DNA from: an uncultured Flavobacteriaceae bacterium
Lineage (GTDB): Bacteria; Bacteroidota; Bacteroidia; Flavobacteriales; Weeksellaceae
NCBI GenBank assembly: GCA_963516475.1
Contig: CAUQBR010000008.1
Span: forward strand, 3,315-67,314
Length of the DNA: 64,000 bases
Direction of reading: 5' to 3'
Part shown: one piece after another, positions 1-10,609 of the stretch
Numbering within the stretch: position 1 is the stretch's first letter
How the letters are laid out: each line of letters starts with the position of its first letter
Made by a program: the position numbers and the translations under genes
Notes under the pieces: generated by a model
What the model saw: the letters and a program-made list of their open reading frames with translations, nothing else
Told to the model about the DNA's origin: nothing
Databases searched by the model: none

Positions 1-719
1 TTAAATTTGGGCTTATCGGAAAGAATATTTCCTATTCGTTTTCAAAAAAATATTTTGAACAGAAATTCCATCAATTATCTTTGTTGGATTATTCTTACGA
101 TTTATTTGATATTCAGCGAGTTGAGGAAGTGAAAGAAATATTTAACTTTGATAATCTCCGCGGGCTGAATGTCACCATTCCCTACAAAGAACAGGTGATT
201 CCTTTTTTAGATGAACTCAGTGATGAAGCCGAAAAAATAGGCGCAGTCAATTGTATTCTAATCAAAAATGGAAAGAGAATTGGGCACAATACAGATGTTT
301 TTGGTTTTGAAAAATCCTTATTGACTTACCCAAAAATCCTATCAGAAAAGGCTCTGATTTTAGGAAATGGAGGAGCTGCAAAGGCCGTGAAATATATTTT
401 TGATAAATACAATATTGATTATCAAATAGTTTCAAGGAAAACTGAACTTAATTTTGAAAATCTTTCGGAGGAAACCGTAAAAGAGCATAAAATCATCATC
501 CAATGTACGCCAGTAGGCACTTTCCCAAATGTGGAGCAGAGCCTTCCCTTTCCTTTCGGTGGGATTTCTTCTCAGCATGTGGTCATAGATTTAATCTACA
601 ATCCTCCTCAGACTCAGTTCCTTAGAAAAGCTCATGAAATGGGAGCCGAAACGATGAATGGACTTCTTATGCTGGAACAACAAGCAGAAAAAGCTTGGGA
701 AATTTGGAATTTTAAGTAA
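1..719 (+). CDS. aroE: shikimate 5-dehydrogenase, 5' end cut by the window edge
   Basis: Frame is open from nt 3 (KFGLIGKNISYSFSKKYFEQKF...) and runs into track ORF 81-719. NVTIPYK, GAVNC and HNTDVFG motifs are typical of AroE. Confidence 0.85.
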   Translation, partial: KFGLIGKNISYSFSKKYFEQKFHQLSLLDYSYDLFDIQRVEEVKEIFNFDNLRGLNVTIPYKEQVIPFLDELSDEAEKIGAVNCILIKNGKRIGHNTDVFGFEKSLLTYPKILSEKALILGNGGAAKAVKYIFDKYNIDYQIVSRKTELNFENLSEETVKEHKIIIQCTPVGTFPNVEQSLPFPFGGISSQHVVIDLIYNPPQTQFLRKAHEMGAETMNGLLMLEQQAEKAWEIWNFK

Positions 720-735
720 AAAACCTTTAATTTAG

Positions 736-761
736 TGCCTTGAAATGTTGAGGCATTTTTT
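736..761 (+). terminator. weak rho-independent terminator after aroE
   Basis: Stem TGCCT (736-740) / AGGCA (751-755) followed by a T6 run (756-761), 17 nt after the aroE stop. Confidence 0.4.
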
Positions 762-804
762 AATCCTCAAAATTTGGCTAAGTATTAAACAAAAACTGAT
801 TGTA

Positions 805-2553
805 ATGAGTACAGAAATGGAAAACAAAAACGAAGAATTTTTAGATATCAATTCTTACGAAGAAATAGAAGAAAATGAGCAGAATACTCTGGATACGCTC
901 TCTGTGAAAGAACTTTTGTCTGAAATGGAAAGCATCGTAAATAAGGCAGATGCGGGAGCTCATGCTAAAAAATTCAATCAGTTAAAAGACAAGGCTCATA
1001 ACCTTATTCAAGATGAAATCGCGGATAAAAAACACGATTTCGTAGAGGAAGGGAATGATATGGAAGATTTTTCTTACGAACATCCTGAGCAGTCCAAATA
1101 TTCTGCTTTAGTAAGTATTTTCAAGGAAAAACTGGATGCCTTTAACAAAAATCAAGAAAAAGAGCACCAAGAAAATTTGGAAAAGAGAAACCAAATCATA
1201 GAAAAACTCAAAAATCTCTACATCAATACTGAGCCTAACACCAACTTATTCCGTGCAATCAGAGAAATAAAAGAAGAATGGGCAAATGCTGGAGCAGTTG
1301 CAAAATCTGAATTTAAAAACCTGAATCACAATTACTTCCATCATTTGAATCAGTTTTACCAAATGCTGGATTTAAATAAAGAATACCGCGAGCAGGAATA
1401 TGCGCACAATTTAGAAAAAAGAAAAAGCATCATCGCTCGTGCGGAAGAGTTGATAAACGAAGTTTCTGTCCAAAAAGCACTGAATGAGCTGCAATATCTG
1501 CACAGACTTTGGAAAGAAGAAGCCGAACCTGTGGCAGAAGAGTTTCGTGACAGCACTTGGGAAGTTTTCAAAGAAATTTCTAATAAAATCCACGAGAGAA
1601 AATCGGAACTTTTGGCTCAAATAGAAGTGGAACAGCAAAAGGCTTTGGAAAAGAAAAATGAAATCATCGCAAAACTGAAAAATTTCGCTTCTTCGAAAGA
1701 AGCTCTTACTCATAACTACTGGCAACAAGCGATAAAACAAGTGGAACAACTTCGCAGCGAGTTTTTGAAACTGGGCAATGTTCCTAAAAAATTATCCAAC
1801 CAAAACTGGACGGAGTTCAAAACTGCGCTTAGAACCTTTAATGCTAAGAAAAATGATTTTTATAAAAATCTAAAAAACTCACAGCATCTCAATTTAGAAG
1901 AAAAGCAAAAACTGATTTCCATCGCGCAGGACAACATGCATTCTGAGGACTGGGATACTGCCGTTCCTTTGTTTAAGAAGTTACAGGAAGATTGGAAAAA
2001 CATAGGACATGTTCCTAAAAATCAAGCAAATAAGGTATGGAATGATTTCCGTGAAGCTTGTAATACATTTTTCAATAATTTCCGTGAGAAAAACACTTCT
2101 ACAACGGACGATTGGAAGCAAAACTACCATCAAAAGAAAGCCTTACTTGGAGAATTAAAGCAAATAAATGATGAGGATGGAAGCGTAGAAAAAATAGAAC
2201 AAATCAAGAGCTCTTGGGACAGCATTGGTAAAGTTCCAAGAAATAAAATGAGCATCAACAATGAGTTTAATAAAGTTCTGAAAGAAAAACTTAAATTAAA
2301 CAAAATCAATGTATTTGACTTAAAAGAAGATAATCTTACAGAAGCTCAGCTTACCGATAAAGCAAGAAAAATCAAGAGCCAAATAGCTGATTTAGAGGCG
2401 GAAGTGGTGAAATTAGAGAACAACATCAATTTCTTTAACAATCCTTCGCGAGAAAATCCTCTGCTAAAAGATACTTATGACAAAATAGATGAGAAAAAAG
2501 CTCTGATAGAAAGCCTAAAACAGAGCCTTCATAAGCTTATCACTGATGAATAA
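805..2553 (+). CDS. DUF349 domain-containing protein
   Basis: Lys/Glu-rich protein with repeated units of the type EEWANAG, RLWKEEAEP, EDWKNIGHVP, SSWDSIGKVP, as in DUF349. Start moved from ATG 745 to ATG 805 because 745 lies inside the aroE terminator hairpin. Confidence 0.75.
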   Translation: MSTEMENKNEEFLDINSYEEIEENEQNTLDTLSVKELLSEMESIVNKADAGAHAKKFNQLKDKAHNLIQDEIADKKHDFVEEGNDMEDFSYEHPEQSKYSALVSIFKEKLDAFNKNQEKEHQENLEKRNQIIEKLKNLYINTEPNTNLFRAIREIKEEWANAGAVAKSEFKNLNHNYFHHLNQFYQMLDLNKEYREQEYAHNLEKRKSIIARAEELINEVSVQKALNELQYLHRLWKEEAEPVAEEFRDSTWEVFKEISNKIHERKSELLAQIEVEQQKALEKKNEIIAKLKNFASSKEALTHNYWQQAIKQVEQLRSEFLKLGNVPKKLSNQNWTEFKTALRTFNAKKNDFYKNLKNSQHLNLEEKQKLISIAQDNMHSEDWDTAVPLFKKLQEDWKNIGHVPKNQANKVWNDFREACNTFFNNFREKNTSTTDDWKQNYHQKKALLGELKQINDEDGSVEKIEQIKSSWDSIGKVPRNKMSINNEFNKVLKEKLKLNKINVFDLKEDNLTEAQLTDKARKIKSQIADLEAEVVKLENNINFFNNPSRENPLLKDTYDKIDEKKALIESLKQSLHKLITDE

Positions 2554-2621
2554 TTTTTAAAATATATTCTTAATATTCTTCCAATTTTGGGAGAATATTA
2601 AGTTTTAGACAAAACCTAAAA

Positions 2622-3641
2622 ATGCAAGATAAAATCTACATGAGGCGATGTGTAGAACTCGCCCAAAAAGCTGTCAGAAAAACCTATCCTAACCCTATGG
2701 TAGGCGCTGTCATCGTCTATAATGGGAAAATAATAGGCGAAGGATACCACCAAAAAGCAGGAAAGCCTCATGCAGAAATAAATGCAATCAACTCTGTTCA
2801 AGATAAAACTTTACTGAAAGACTCCGCCATTTATGTTTCTTTGGAGCCGTGTGCCCATTTTGGAAAAACACCTCCTTGTGCTTTAAACCTAAAAGAAATT
2901 GGTTTCCAAAAAGTTGTAATAGGAACCTTAGACTCTCACGAAAAAGTAGATGGAAAAGGGAAAAAAATCTTAGAAGATTCGGGAATAGCGGTAGTTTCAG
3001 GAGTTTTAGAGAACGAATGCAGAGAGCTTAACAAAAGATTTTTCACTTTTCATCAAAAGAAAAGACCTTATATTATCCTAAAATGGGCTGAATCAGAGGA
3101 TGGATTTTTGGATAAAGACTTTAAACCAACAGCGGTCAGCAATTCATTAGCCAAACAATGGGTTCACCAGTTAAGAGCCGATGAACACGCTATTTTAGTA
3201 GGGAAAAATTCAGCGCTAAATGACAATCCCAGCCTTACCACGAGGGAAATTTTTGGAAAAAATCCTGTACGAATTTTGATTGATTTAGAATTAAAAGTTC
3301 CACAGAGTTTCAATATTTACAATAATGAAGCGCCTACTTTGGTTTTTAATTCAATCAAAAACGAGGAGAAAAAAAACATAAAATTCATCAAAATAGAAAG
3401 AGAAAACTTCATAAAAAATCTTCTGGAAAAATTGTGGAAAGAGCAGATACAATCGGTAATTGTAGAAGGTGGAAGTTTTACTTTACAGCAGTTCATCGAT
3501 ACTGGAATTTGGGATGAAGCTTTTGTCATTAAAGCTGATAATATAAATTTAAAAAACGGAACCAAAGCGCCTGTTTTCAGCCCAAAACCAAATAAAATCA
3601 GTAAATTGCGAGACAATACGCTCTATCATTTTCAAAATTAG
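2622..3641 (+). CDS. ribD: bifunctional riboflavin biosynthesis deaminase/reductase
   Basis: Deaminase zinc motifs HAE (HAEINAI) and PCxxC (EPCAHFGKTPPC), plus a C-terminal reductase domain. Confidence 0.9.
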   Translation: MQDKIYMRRCVELAQKAVRKTYPNPMVGAVIVYNGKIIGEGYHQKAGKPHAEINAINSVQDKTLLKDSAIYVSLEPCAHFGKTPPCALNLKEIGFQKVVIGTLDSHEKVDGKGKKILEDSGIAVVSGVLENECRELNKRFFTFHQKKRPYIILKWAESEDGFLDKDFKPTAVSNSLAKQWVHQLRADEHAILVGKNSALNDNPSLTTREIFGKNPVRILIDLELKVPQSFNIYNNEAPTLVFNSIKNEEKKNIKFIKIERENFIKNLLEKLWKEQIQSVIVEGGSFTLQQFIDTGIWDEAFVIKADNINLKNGTKAPVFSPKPNKISKLRDNTLYHFQN

Positions 3642-3644
3642 TAA

Positions 3645-4247
3645 ATGAAATACGAATATCAAACCATAGAGAAACCCATTGAGAATGTTTTAGTTAAGGA
3701 AAAAGGAAGCAAATTTATCGGTTTTGCTTATCCTATTCTTTCTGAAAATGATTATAAAGAAAAACTAAACGAAATCAAGGAGTTACACCCAAAAGCTACA
3801 CACCATTGCTACGCTTTTCGGCTGGGGCTGAATGGAGAAAACTACCGTATCAATGATGATGGTGAGCCTTCGGGAAGTGCAGGACTGCCTATTTATAATC
3901 AGCTACTTGCCCACGATGTTACCAATATTTTATTGATTATTGTAAGGTATTTCGGGGGAACCAAACTGGGCGTGGGAGGACTCGTAAAAACCTATAAAGA
4001 AAGTGCAAAAGCAACTCTGGAAGAAGCGAAAATCATCACAAAAGAATTAGAAACTGAAATAGAAATCCAATTTAATTTTTCTCAGCAGAATGTAATTTTC
4101 TCATTACTGAACAAATTCGATGCACGAGTTGTAAATTTTGACACGCAGGAAACATGCTCTATCAAAGCATTTATCAAAACTTCACAAAAAGAAAACATCT
4201 CAGATATTTTATCCGAGATGTATCAAGTTACATTTAAATTTATCTAA
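3645..4247 (+). CDS. YigZ/IMPACT (UPF0029) family protein
   Basis: GSKFIGF, HHCYAFR and DDGEPSGSAG motifs. Starts 3 nt after the ribD stop. Confidence 0.8.
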   Translation: MKYEYQTIEKPIENVLVKEKGSKFIGFAYPILSENDYKEKLNEIKELHPKATHHCYAFRLGLNGENYRINDDGEPSGSAGLPIYNQLLAHDVTNILLIIVRYFGGTKLGVGGLVKTYKESAKATLEEAKIITKELETEIEIQFNFSQQNVIFSLLNKFDARVVNFDTQETCSIKAFIKTSQKENISDILSEMYQVTFKFI

Positions 4248-4250
4248 AAA

Positions 4251-4949
4251 TTATTCCTCTCTTCGGCTGCCTCCTAAAAGCATGGAAGCGTAATATAAAA
4301 GCTGAGCCAAAGAGCCTAATGCTGCTACTAAATATGTTCTCGCTGCCCATTTTAGGCTATCTTCTGCACCTTCCATTTCTTGCGGAGTTACAGTTCCCGT
4401 TTGTTTCAGCCATGCCAATGCACGATTGCTGGCATCATATTCCACTGGAAGAGTTACGAATGCAAACAGCGTAGTCATCGCAAATAGCAAAACTCCTATC
4501 AGCAAAACTGTTTGTCCCAATGCCATCTGAGCCGCCAGCATGGCAACACCAGCCATCATCACAAACTGAACCAAATGAGAACTAATGTTCACAATAGGAA
4601 CTAATCTGGAACGAAGCTGAAGCATGGAATATCCCACAGCATGCTGTACGGCATGTCCGCATTCATGGGCTGCTACGGCCGCTGCGGCTGCATTTCTTTC
4701 GTTATAAACCACATCAGAGAGGTTTACTGTTTTATCCATTGGGTTATAGTGGTCTGTGAGCTGTCCTGCTACGGAAATCACCTTCACATCGTGGATACCA
4801 TTGTCCGCCAGCATTTTTTCAGCGATTTCTTTACCAGACATTCCATTTTGCAATCTTACATTTGAATAATGAGCGAATTTTGACTTTAGTTTGTTTTGAA
4901 CAAACATACTCGCCAAAAAAATTGCACCTAAAATTAAATAAATTGTCAT
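4251..4949 (-). CDS. membrane zinc metallopeptidase (putative neutral zinc metallopeptidase family)
   Basis: HExxH motif (HECGHAVQH) flanked by hydrophobic segments. N-terminal TM helix. Confidence 0.75.
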   Translation of the reverse strand: MTIYLILGAIFLASMFVQNKLKSKFAHYSNVRLQNGMSGKEIAEKMLADNGIHDVKVISVAGQLTDHYNPMDKTVNLSDVVYNERNAAAAAVAAHECGHAVQHAVGYSMLQLRSRLVPIVNISSHLVQFVMMAGVAMLAAQMALGQTVLLIGVLLFAMTTLFAFVTLPVEYDASNRALAWLKQTGTVTPQEMEGAEDSLKWAARTYLVAALGSLAQLLYYASMLLGGSRREE

Positions 4950-5051
4950 TATATTACTTTTATATTGAATTTATTTTAATATAAAAACTATGCCAAAGCA
5001 CATTTTGTCATATTTTTTGGTTCTTATTCGTTATAGAAAAATAAATAATCT

Positions 5052-5059
5052 TATTTTTG
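5052..5059 (+). promoter_or_regulatory. candidate Bacteroidota -7 box (TAnnTTTG)
   Basis: TATTTTTG lies 21 nt upstream of ATG 5080. It sits inside the longer track ORF starting at 4990. Confidence 0.45.
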
Positions 5060-5079
5060 CAGAATATTTAAAAAAGAGA

Positions 5080-6207
5080 ATGTCTGATATAAAAGTAAAA
5101 CAAGTACTTAATTCATCTGATTTGGAGCTTTTTATAAAGTTTCCAATGGAGTTGTATAAGGGAAATCCCTACTATGTACCGTCACTCATCAATGAAGAAA
5201 AAAGTATTTGGGTAAAAGAAGAAAATCCTGCCCTACAATATTCTGAAGCAGCTCAGTTTCTAGCTTATAAGGGTAAAAATATCGTAGGAAGGATAGCTGT
5301 AATGATAAACCACAAGGAGGAAAAAGAACTTGGCATCCGAAAGGTAAGATTTGGCTGGCTAGATTTTATAGATGACATAGAAGTTTCTAAAACACTAATA
5401 GACACCGCGATAGAATATGCTAAATCCAAAGGTATTTCTAAAATAGAAGGCCCGATGGGTTTTACAAATTTGGACAAAGCAGGAATGCTCACCAAAGGTT
5501 TTGACAAATTGGCAACGATGATTGGGATTTATAATTTTGATTATTATCCTAAACATATGGAGCAGCTGGGCTTAGTGAAAGAAAAAGAATGGGTGGAATT
5601 TGAAATCAATTTCCCTGATACCCTGCCTGACAAAGTGGAAAAATTCAGTAAACTCATCGCTGAAAAATATGAACTGGAACTCGTAAAATTCAAATCAAAA
5701 AAAGACATTCTCCCTTTGGTAGAACCGATGTTTAAACTCCTAGATGACACTTACAAGCATCTTTCCACATATACACCGATTACTCAGGAACAGATTAAAC
5801 ATTATAAAGAAAAATATTTTAAATTCATAGATAAAGACTACATTGTCTGCATCAAAGATAAATATGGCAGTTTGATTTCTTTCGCCATCACTATGCCTTC
5901 TTATTCCAAGGCTTTACAAAAGGCTAAAGGAAAACTTTTCCCTTTCGGCTGGTGGCATCTGCTGAACGCTGGAAAGAAAAACAACAGAGCGAATTTCTAT
6001 CTGATTGGGATTCACCCTCAATATCAAAAACGAGGCATAACGGCGATTATTTTTAAAGAAATTTACGAAACTTTTAAAAAGAAAGGCGTAAAGTTTTTGG
6101 AAACCAATCCAGAATTAGAGGAAAACGCAAGTATTCAGGCTCTTTGGCAGGACTATCATCCGACAAATCATAAAAGAAGAAGAACTTATTCTTTGGAAAT
6201 AAAATAA
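5080..6207 (+). CDS. GNAT-like N-acetyltransferase family protein
   Basis: C-terminal acetyl-CoA-type motif QYQKRGITAIIF. Start set to ATG 5080 (MSDIKVKQ...), downstream of the -7 box. Confidence 0.6.
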   Translation: MSDIKVKQVLNSSDLELFIKFPMELYKGNPYYVPSLINEEKSIWVKEENPALQYSEAAQFLAYKGKNIVGRIAVMINHKEEKELGIRKVRFGWLDFIDDIEVSKTLIDTAIEYAKSKGISKIEGPMGFTNLDKAGMLTKGFDKLATMIGIYNFDYYPKHMEQLGLVKEKEWVEFEINFPDTLPDKVEKFSKLIAEKYELELVKFKSKKDILPLVEPMFKLLDDTYKHLSTYTPITQEQIKHYKEKYFKFIDKDYIVCIKDKYGSLISFAITMPSYSKALQKAKGKLFPFGWWHLLNAGKKNNRANFYLIGIHPQYQKRGITAIIFKEIYETFKKKGVKFLETNPELEENASIQALWQDYHPTNHKRRRTYSLEIK

Positions 6208-6214
6208 AGTTAAT

Positions 6215-6649
6215 ATGAAACTAAATAACAAAAAATTAGCAATAGATTTTGATGGAACCATCGTGGAAGACGCCTATCCTAGCATTGGGAGAGCACAGCC
6301 TTTTGCATTTGAAACGCTGAGACAGCTTCAAGCGAACGGATACAGACTTATTCTCTGGACTTACCGAAGTGGAGAAGCTTTGGAGGAAGCTGTGGAATTC
6401 TGCAAAAAAAACGGAATAGAGTTTTATTCTGTAAATTCAAGCTACGAAGGGGAAATTTTCGATGGAGATACACAGTCAAGAAAAATAGATGCAGATGTTT
6501 TTATAGATGACAGAAATCTTGGTGGTTTCCCAGGCTGGGGCGAGGTTTATGAAATCATAACTCAAAAAATAGAATTTGGGATTTCAAATGGCGAGGTTCA
6601 GGCTTATTCAAAATTGAAAAAAGAAAGAAAAAAAGGTTGGTTCTGGTAA
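6215..6649 (+). CDS. small HAD-type phosphatase-like protein (BT0820-like)
   Basis: HAD motif I DFDGT (AIDFDGTIVE) and a later FIDDRN motif. 144 aa. Confidence 0.6.
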   Translation: MKLNNKKLAIDFDGTIVEDAYPSIGRAQPFAFETLRQLQANGYRLILWTYRSGEALEEAVEFCKKNGIEFYSVNSSYEGEIFDGDTQSRKIDADVFIDDRNLGGFPGWGEVYEIITQKIEFGISNGEVQAYSKLKKERKKGWFW

Positions 6650-6659
6650 AAATTTAAAA

Positions 6660-7469
6660 ATGATTCAGTTAAAAACAATAGACGAAATTCGTTTGATGAG
6701 GGAAAGCGCTCAGCTGGTTTCCAAGACTTTGGGTATGCTGGCAAAGGAGATTAAACCTGGGATTACTTCTCTTTATTTGGACAAATTGGCACATGATTTC
6801 ATTATGGACCATGGCGGAAAACCTGCTTTTTTAGGAATGTATGGCTTCCCAAATTCGCTTTGTATTTCTCCAAATTCAGAGGTGGTGCATGGTATTCCCA
6901 ATGACAAGCCAATAGAGGAAGGAACTGTTCTGTCTGTGGATTGCGGCGTTTATATGAATGGTTTTTATGGTGACCACGCCTATTCTTTTGAGGTAGGAGA
7001 AGTCGCAAAAGAAACCAAAAAACTCCTTAAAATCACCAAAGAATCTTTATACAAAGGCATCGAACAATGTATCCGCGGAAAGCGTGTAGGAGATATTTCT
7101 AATGCTATCCAGACCTACTGCGAGAAAGAAGGCTATGGCGTTGTGCGTGAGTTAGTTGGACACGGACTTGGAAAAGAAATGCACGAAGACCCACAAGTGC
7201 CGAACTATGGTAGAAAAGGCTCTGGAAAAGTCCTAAAAGACGGTATTGTCCTAGCAATAGAACCGATGATAAATTTAGGAACAGAAAAAGTAAAATTCCA
7301 TGATGACGGCTGGACTGTAACGACTTTGGATAATAAACCTTCTGCCCACTTTGAGCATGATGTGGCTATTATCAGCGGAAAATCTGTTCTTCTGTCTACT
7401 TTTAAATATATTTATGAAGCTTTGGGAATTCAAAGCAAAGAAGAAGAACCATTTACAATGGATTTTTAA
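6660..7469 (+). CDS. map: type I methionine aminopeptidase
   Basis: VVHGIP, D..CGV and HGLG..MHE metal-ligand motifs. Typical 269-aa length. Confidence 0.92.
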   Translation: MIQLKTIDEIRLMRESAQLVSKTLGMLAKEIKPGITSLYLDKLAHDFIMDHGGKPAFLGMYGFPNSLCISPNSEVVHGIPNDKPIEEGTVLSVDCGVYMNGFYGDHAYSFEVGEVAKETKKLLKITKESLYKGIEQCIRGKRVGDISNAIQTYCEKEGYGVVRELVGHGLGKEMHEDPQVPNYGRKGSGKVLKDGIVLAIEPMINLGTEKVKFHDDGWTVTTLDNKPSAHFEHDVAIISGKSVLLSTFKYIYEALGIQSKEEEPFTMDF

Positions 7470-7482
7470 TTAAAAATACAAG

Positions 7483-7507
7483 AGCCGAAGTTTTCTTCGG
7501 CTTTTTC
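7483..7507. terminator. bidirectional terminator between map and ribF
   Basis: Stem AGCCGAAG (7483-7490) / CTTCGGCT (7495-7502), with a T-run on one side and an A-run on the other. Confidence 0.7.
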
Positions 7508-7509
7508 TT

Positions 7510-8430
7510 TTAGAAATTATAATTTTCAGTTATTTTTTTGTCTTCATTCAGCCTTTGTATAAGCTGGTCAAGGTTGTCAAATTTTATCTCTTCATGGAGA
7601 AAATCCCTGAAATTTACAGTCAATTTTTTACCATAAATATCTTTATCAAAATCCAAAATATACACTTCCACCGAGAGTTTTTCTCCGCCGACTGTCGGAT
7701 TCGTCCCAATGCTGAGCATTCCTTTATAAAATTGATTATCAATCCATACTTCCACTATATAAGCGCCTTTTTTAGGAAGAAGTTTCGTAGAATCTACTTT
7801 TAGATTTGCTGTAGGAAAGCCTATTTTTCGGCCTAATTTTTTACCATGAATAACTTCACCAGACAGATTATAAGTGTATCCCAGCATCTCATTAGCATCC
7901 TTTATTCTGCTTTCCAAAAGAGCTTTTCTAATTTCAGTAGAGCTAATATTTTGATTTTCAACACTTACTTCTTCTAACTGTTCCACTTCAAAACCTAATT
8001 CATTTCCCATTTTTTGGAGCAGTTCAAAATTTCCTTTTTTTCCTTTCCCAAAGCTGTGGTCATGCCCTATTACAATATATTTGGCTTGAAGTTTTTTTAC
8101 CAAAATCTCTTTCACAAAATCCTCTGCGGCCATATTTCTAAAATCTTCACTAAATTCCTGTAAAAAAAGCAGTTCTACACCTGCTTTTTCCAAAAGAGTT
8201 TCTTTTTCTTTCAAAGTATTCAGCTGGTAAATTTCCAATTCTGGATTTAAAATTTTTCTCGGATGCGGCCAAAAAGACAACAAAGCTGTTTTTAGATTTT
8301 TTTCCTTCGCTTTCTCTTTCAAAAGGCTGATAACGGACTGATGACCAAGATGTACGCCATCAAACATTCCTATAGAAACAGCAGTAAAATCAGAGCTTTT
8401 GTAAGCAGATAAATCTCTTATAATTTTCAA
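7510..8430 (-). CDS. ribF: bifunctional riboflavin kinase / FAD synthetase
   Basis: GMFDGVHLGH nucleotidyltransferase motif and a C-terminal riboflavin kinase domain. Start set to the in-frame TTG at 8430 (LKIIRDLS...), since the track extension to 8535 overlaps the atpD promoter and start. Confidence 0.85.
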   Translation of the reverse strand: MKIIRDLSAYKSSDFTAVSIGMFDGVHLGHQSVISLLKEKAKEKNLKTALLSFWPHPRKILNPELEIYQLNTLKEKETLLEKAGVELLFLQEFSEDFRNMAAEDFVKEILVKKLQAKYIVIGHDHSFGKGKKGNFELLQKMGNELGFEVEQLEEVSVENQNISSTEIRKALLESRIKDANEMLGYTYNLSGEVIHGKKLGRKIGFPTANLKVDSTKLLPKKGAYIVEVWIDNQFYKGMLSIGTNPTVGGEKLSVEVYILDFDKDIYGKKLTVNFRDFLHEEIKFDNLDQLIQRLNEDKKITENYNF

Positions 8431-8459
8431 TTGATAAAAATTTGTCGCAAATATGATAA

Positions 8460-10037
<1,578 letters not shown>

Positions 10038-10049
10038 ATTATTCAACGA

Positions 10050-10115
10050 TTTGGAATTTGAAATTTGAGGTTGATGAAAATTCAATTTCAAATTTCAAAC
10101 TTCAAATTTCAAATC
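10050..10115 (+). repeat. inverted tandem heptamer repeats forming an atpD-atpC intercistronic hairpin
   Basis: TTTGGAA TTTGAAA TTTGAGG (10050-10070) faces TTTCAAA TTTCAAA CTTCAAA TTTCAAA (10086-10113). The left arm can pair with either of two right-arm registers over 12-13 bp. Confidence 0.7.
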
Positions 10116-10125
10116 TGATATAAAT

Positions 10126-10410
10126 ATGAACATTAAAATATTAACACCAGAGCTTGTGGTATTTGAAGGAGAAGTGGAATCTATCCTACTTCCTGGAGAA
10201 TTGGGCGAATTTCATATTTTGAATGACCACGCCCCAGTGGTATCTTCTCTAAGAACTGGCAAAGTAAAACTGATTACTTCTAAAATAGAAAATCAGAACT
10301 ACGCTAAGTTTTTCACAGCAGAACCACAGCGAAACAACTGCTACACTTTTCCTATCAATGGAGGTGTGATAGAATTTAATAATAACTCTGGTATTATCCT
10401 TTGTGATTAA
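10126..10410 (+). CDS. atpC: F1 ATP synthase epsilon subunit
   Basis: 94-aa protein directly after atpD. N-terminal beta-sandwich-like sequence MNIKILTPE..VFEGEV. Confidence 0.85.
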   Translation: MNIKILTPELVVFEGEVESILLPGELGEFHILNDHAPVVSSLRTGKVKLITSKIENQNYAKFFTAEPQRNNCYTFPINGGVIEFNNNSGIILCD

Positions 10411-10420
10411 AATAAATAAA

Positions 10421-10483
10421 ATGATAAACTTTACAAATAATATATGGTGGCAAGTTGGCAGTCTCAGAAACGAGGGTGTTTAG
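10421..10483 (+). CDS. tryptophan leader peptide (MINFTNNIWWQVGSLRNEGV)
   Basis: 20-codon ORF, too short for the track, with two adjacent TGG codons at 10445-10450. It sits immediately upstream of a terminator and trpB. Confidence 0.6.
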   Translation: MINFTNNIWWQVGSLRNEGV

Positions 10484-10539
10484 CTCGACTTTTTATATTT
10501 GTAAAGAAAAAGATTTTATTTTTATCAAAATATATAAAA

Positions 10540-10577
10540 GCCGTTAGGAGAACTTCCTAGCGGCTTTTTGTTTTTTT
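10540..10577 (+). terminator. rho-independent terminator (attenuator terminator, probably also the atpDC terminator)
   Basis: Stem GCCGTTAGG (10540-10548) / CCTAGCGGC (10556-10564) with one G-T pair, then TTTTTGTTTTTTT (10565-10577). Confidence 0.75.
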
Positions 10578-10609
10578 ATAATCGAATAATAATTTTAAAT
10601 AATAAAAAC

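Larger units (their letters stand above)
10421..10577 (+). promoter_or_regulatory. ribosome-mediated Trp attenuator
   Basis: 10429-10439 CTTTACAAATA is perfectly complementary to 10496-10506 TATTTGTAAAG. 10489-10498 can alternatively pair with 10531-10540, which abuts the left arm of the terminator. The terminator stem is followed by a long T-run. Confidence 0.55.

Noticed and set aside
1356-1749. Minus-strand ORFs 1356-1571 and 1411-1749. Similar antisense ORFs occur inside atpD, atpA, dacB, nrdA, mgtE, the receptor gene and the lipoprotein genes.
   Set aside because: All are fully embedded antisense to genes with strong family motifs. They were not counted as features.
2554-2621. Looked for an FMN riboswitch upstream of ribD and a lysine riboswitch upstream of dapA (45465-45644).
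   Set aside because: The ribD spacer is only 68 nt and contains just one hairpin (about 2569-2601), probably the DUF349 terminator. The dapA leader has a -7 box 19 nt from the ATG and no long conserved-looking structure.
4990-5079. N-terminal extensions of track ORFs: 745, 4990, 8478, 8535, 10568, 26689, 28015, 48868 and 62392.
   Set aside because: Each extension runs through a terminator hairpin, a TAnnTTTG promoter box or the neighbouring gene. An internal start gives a family-typical N-terminus, so the shorter coordinates were used.
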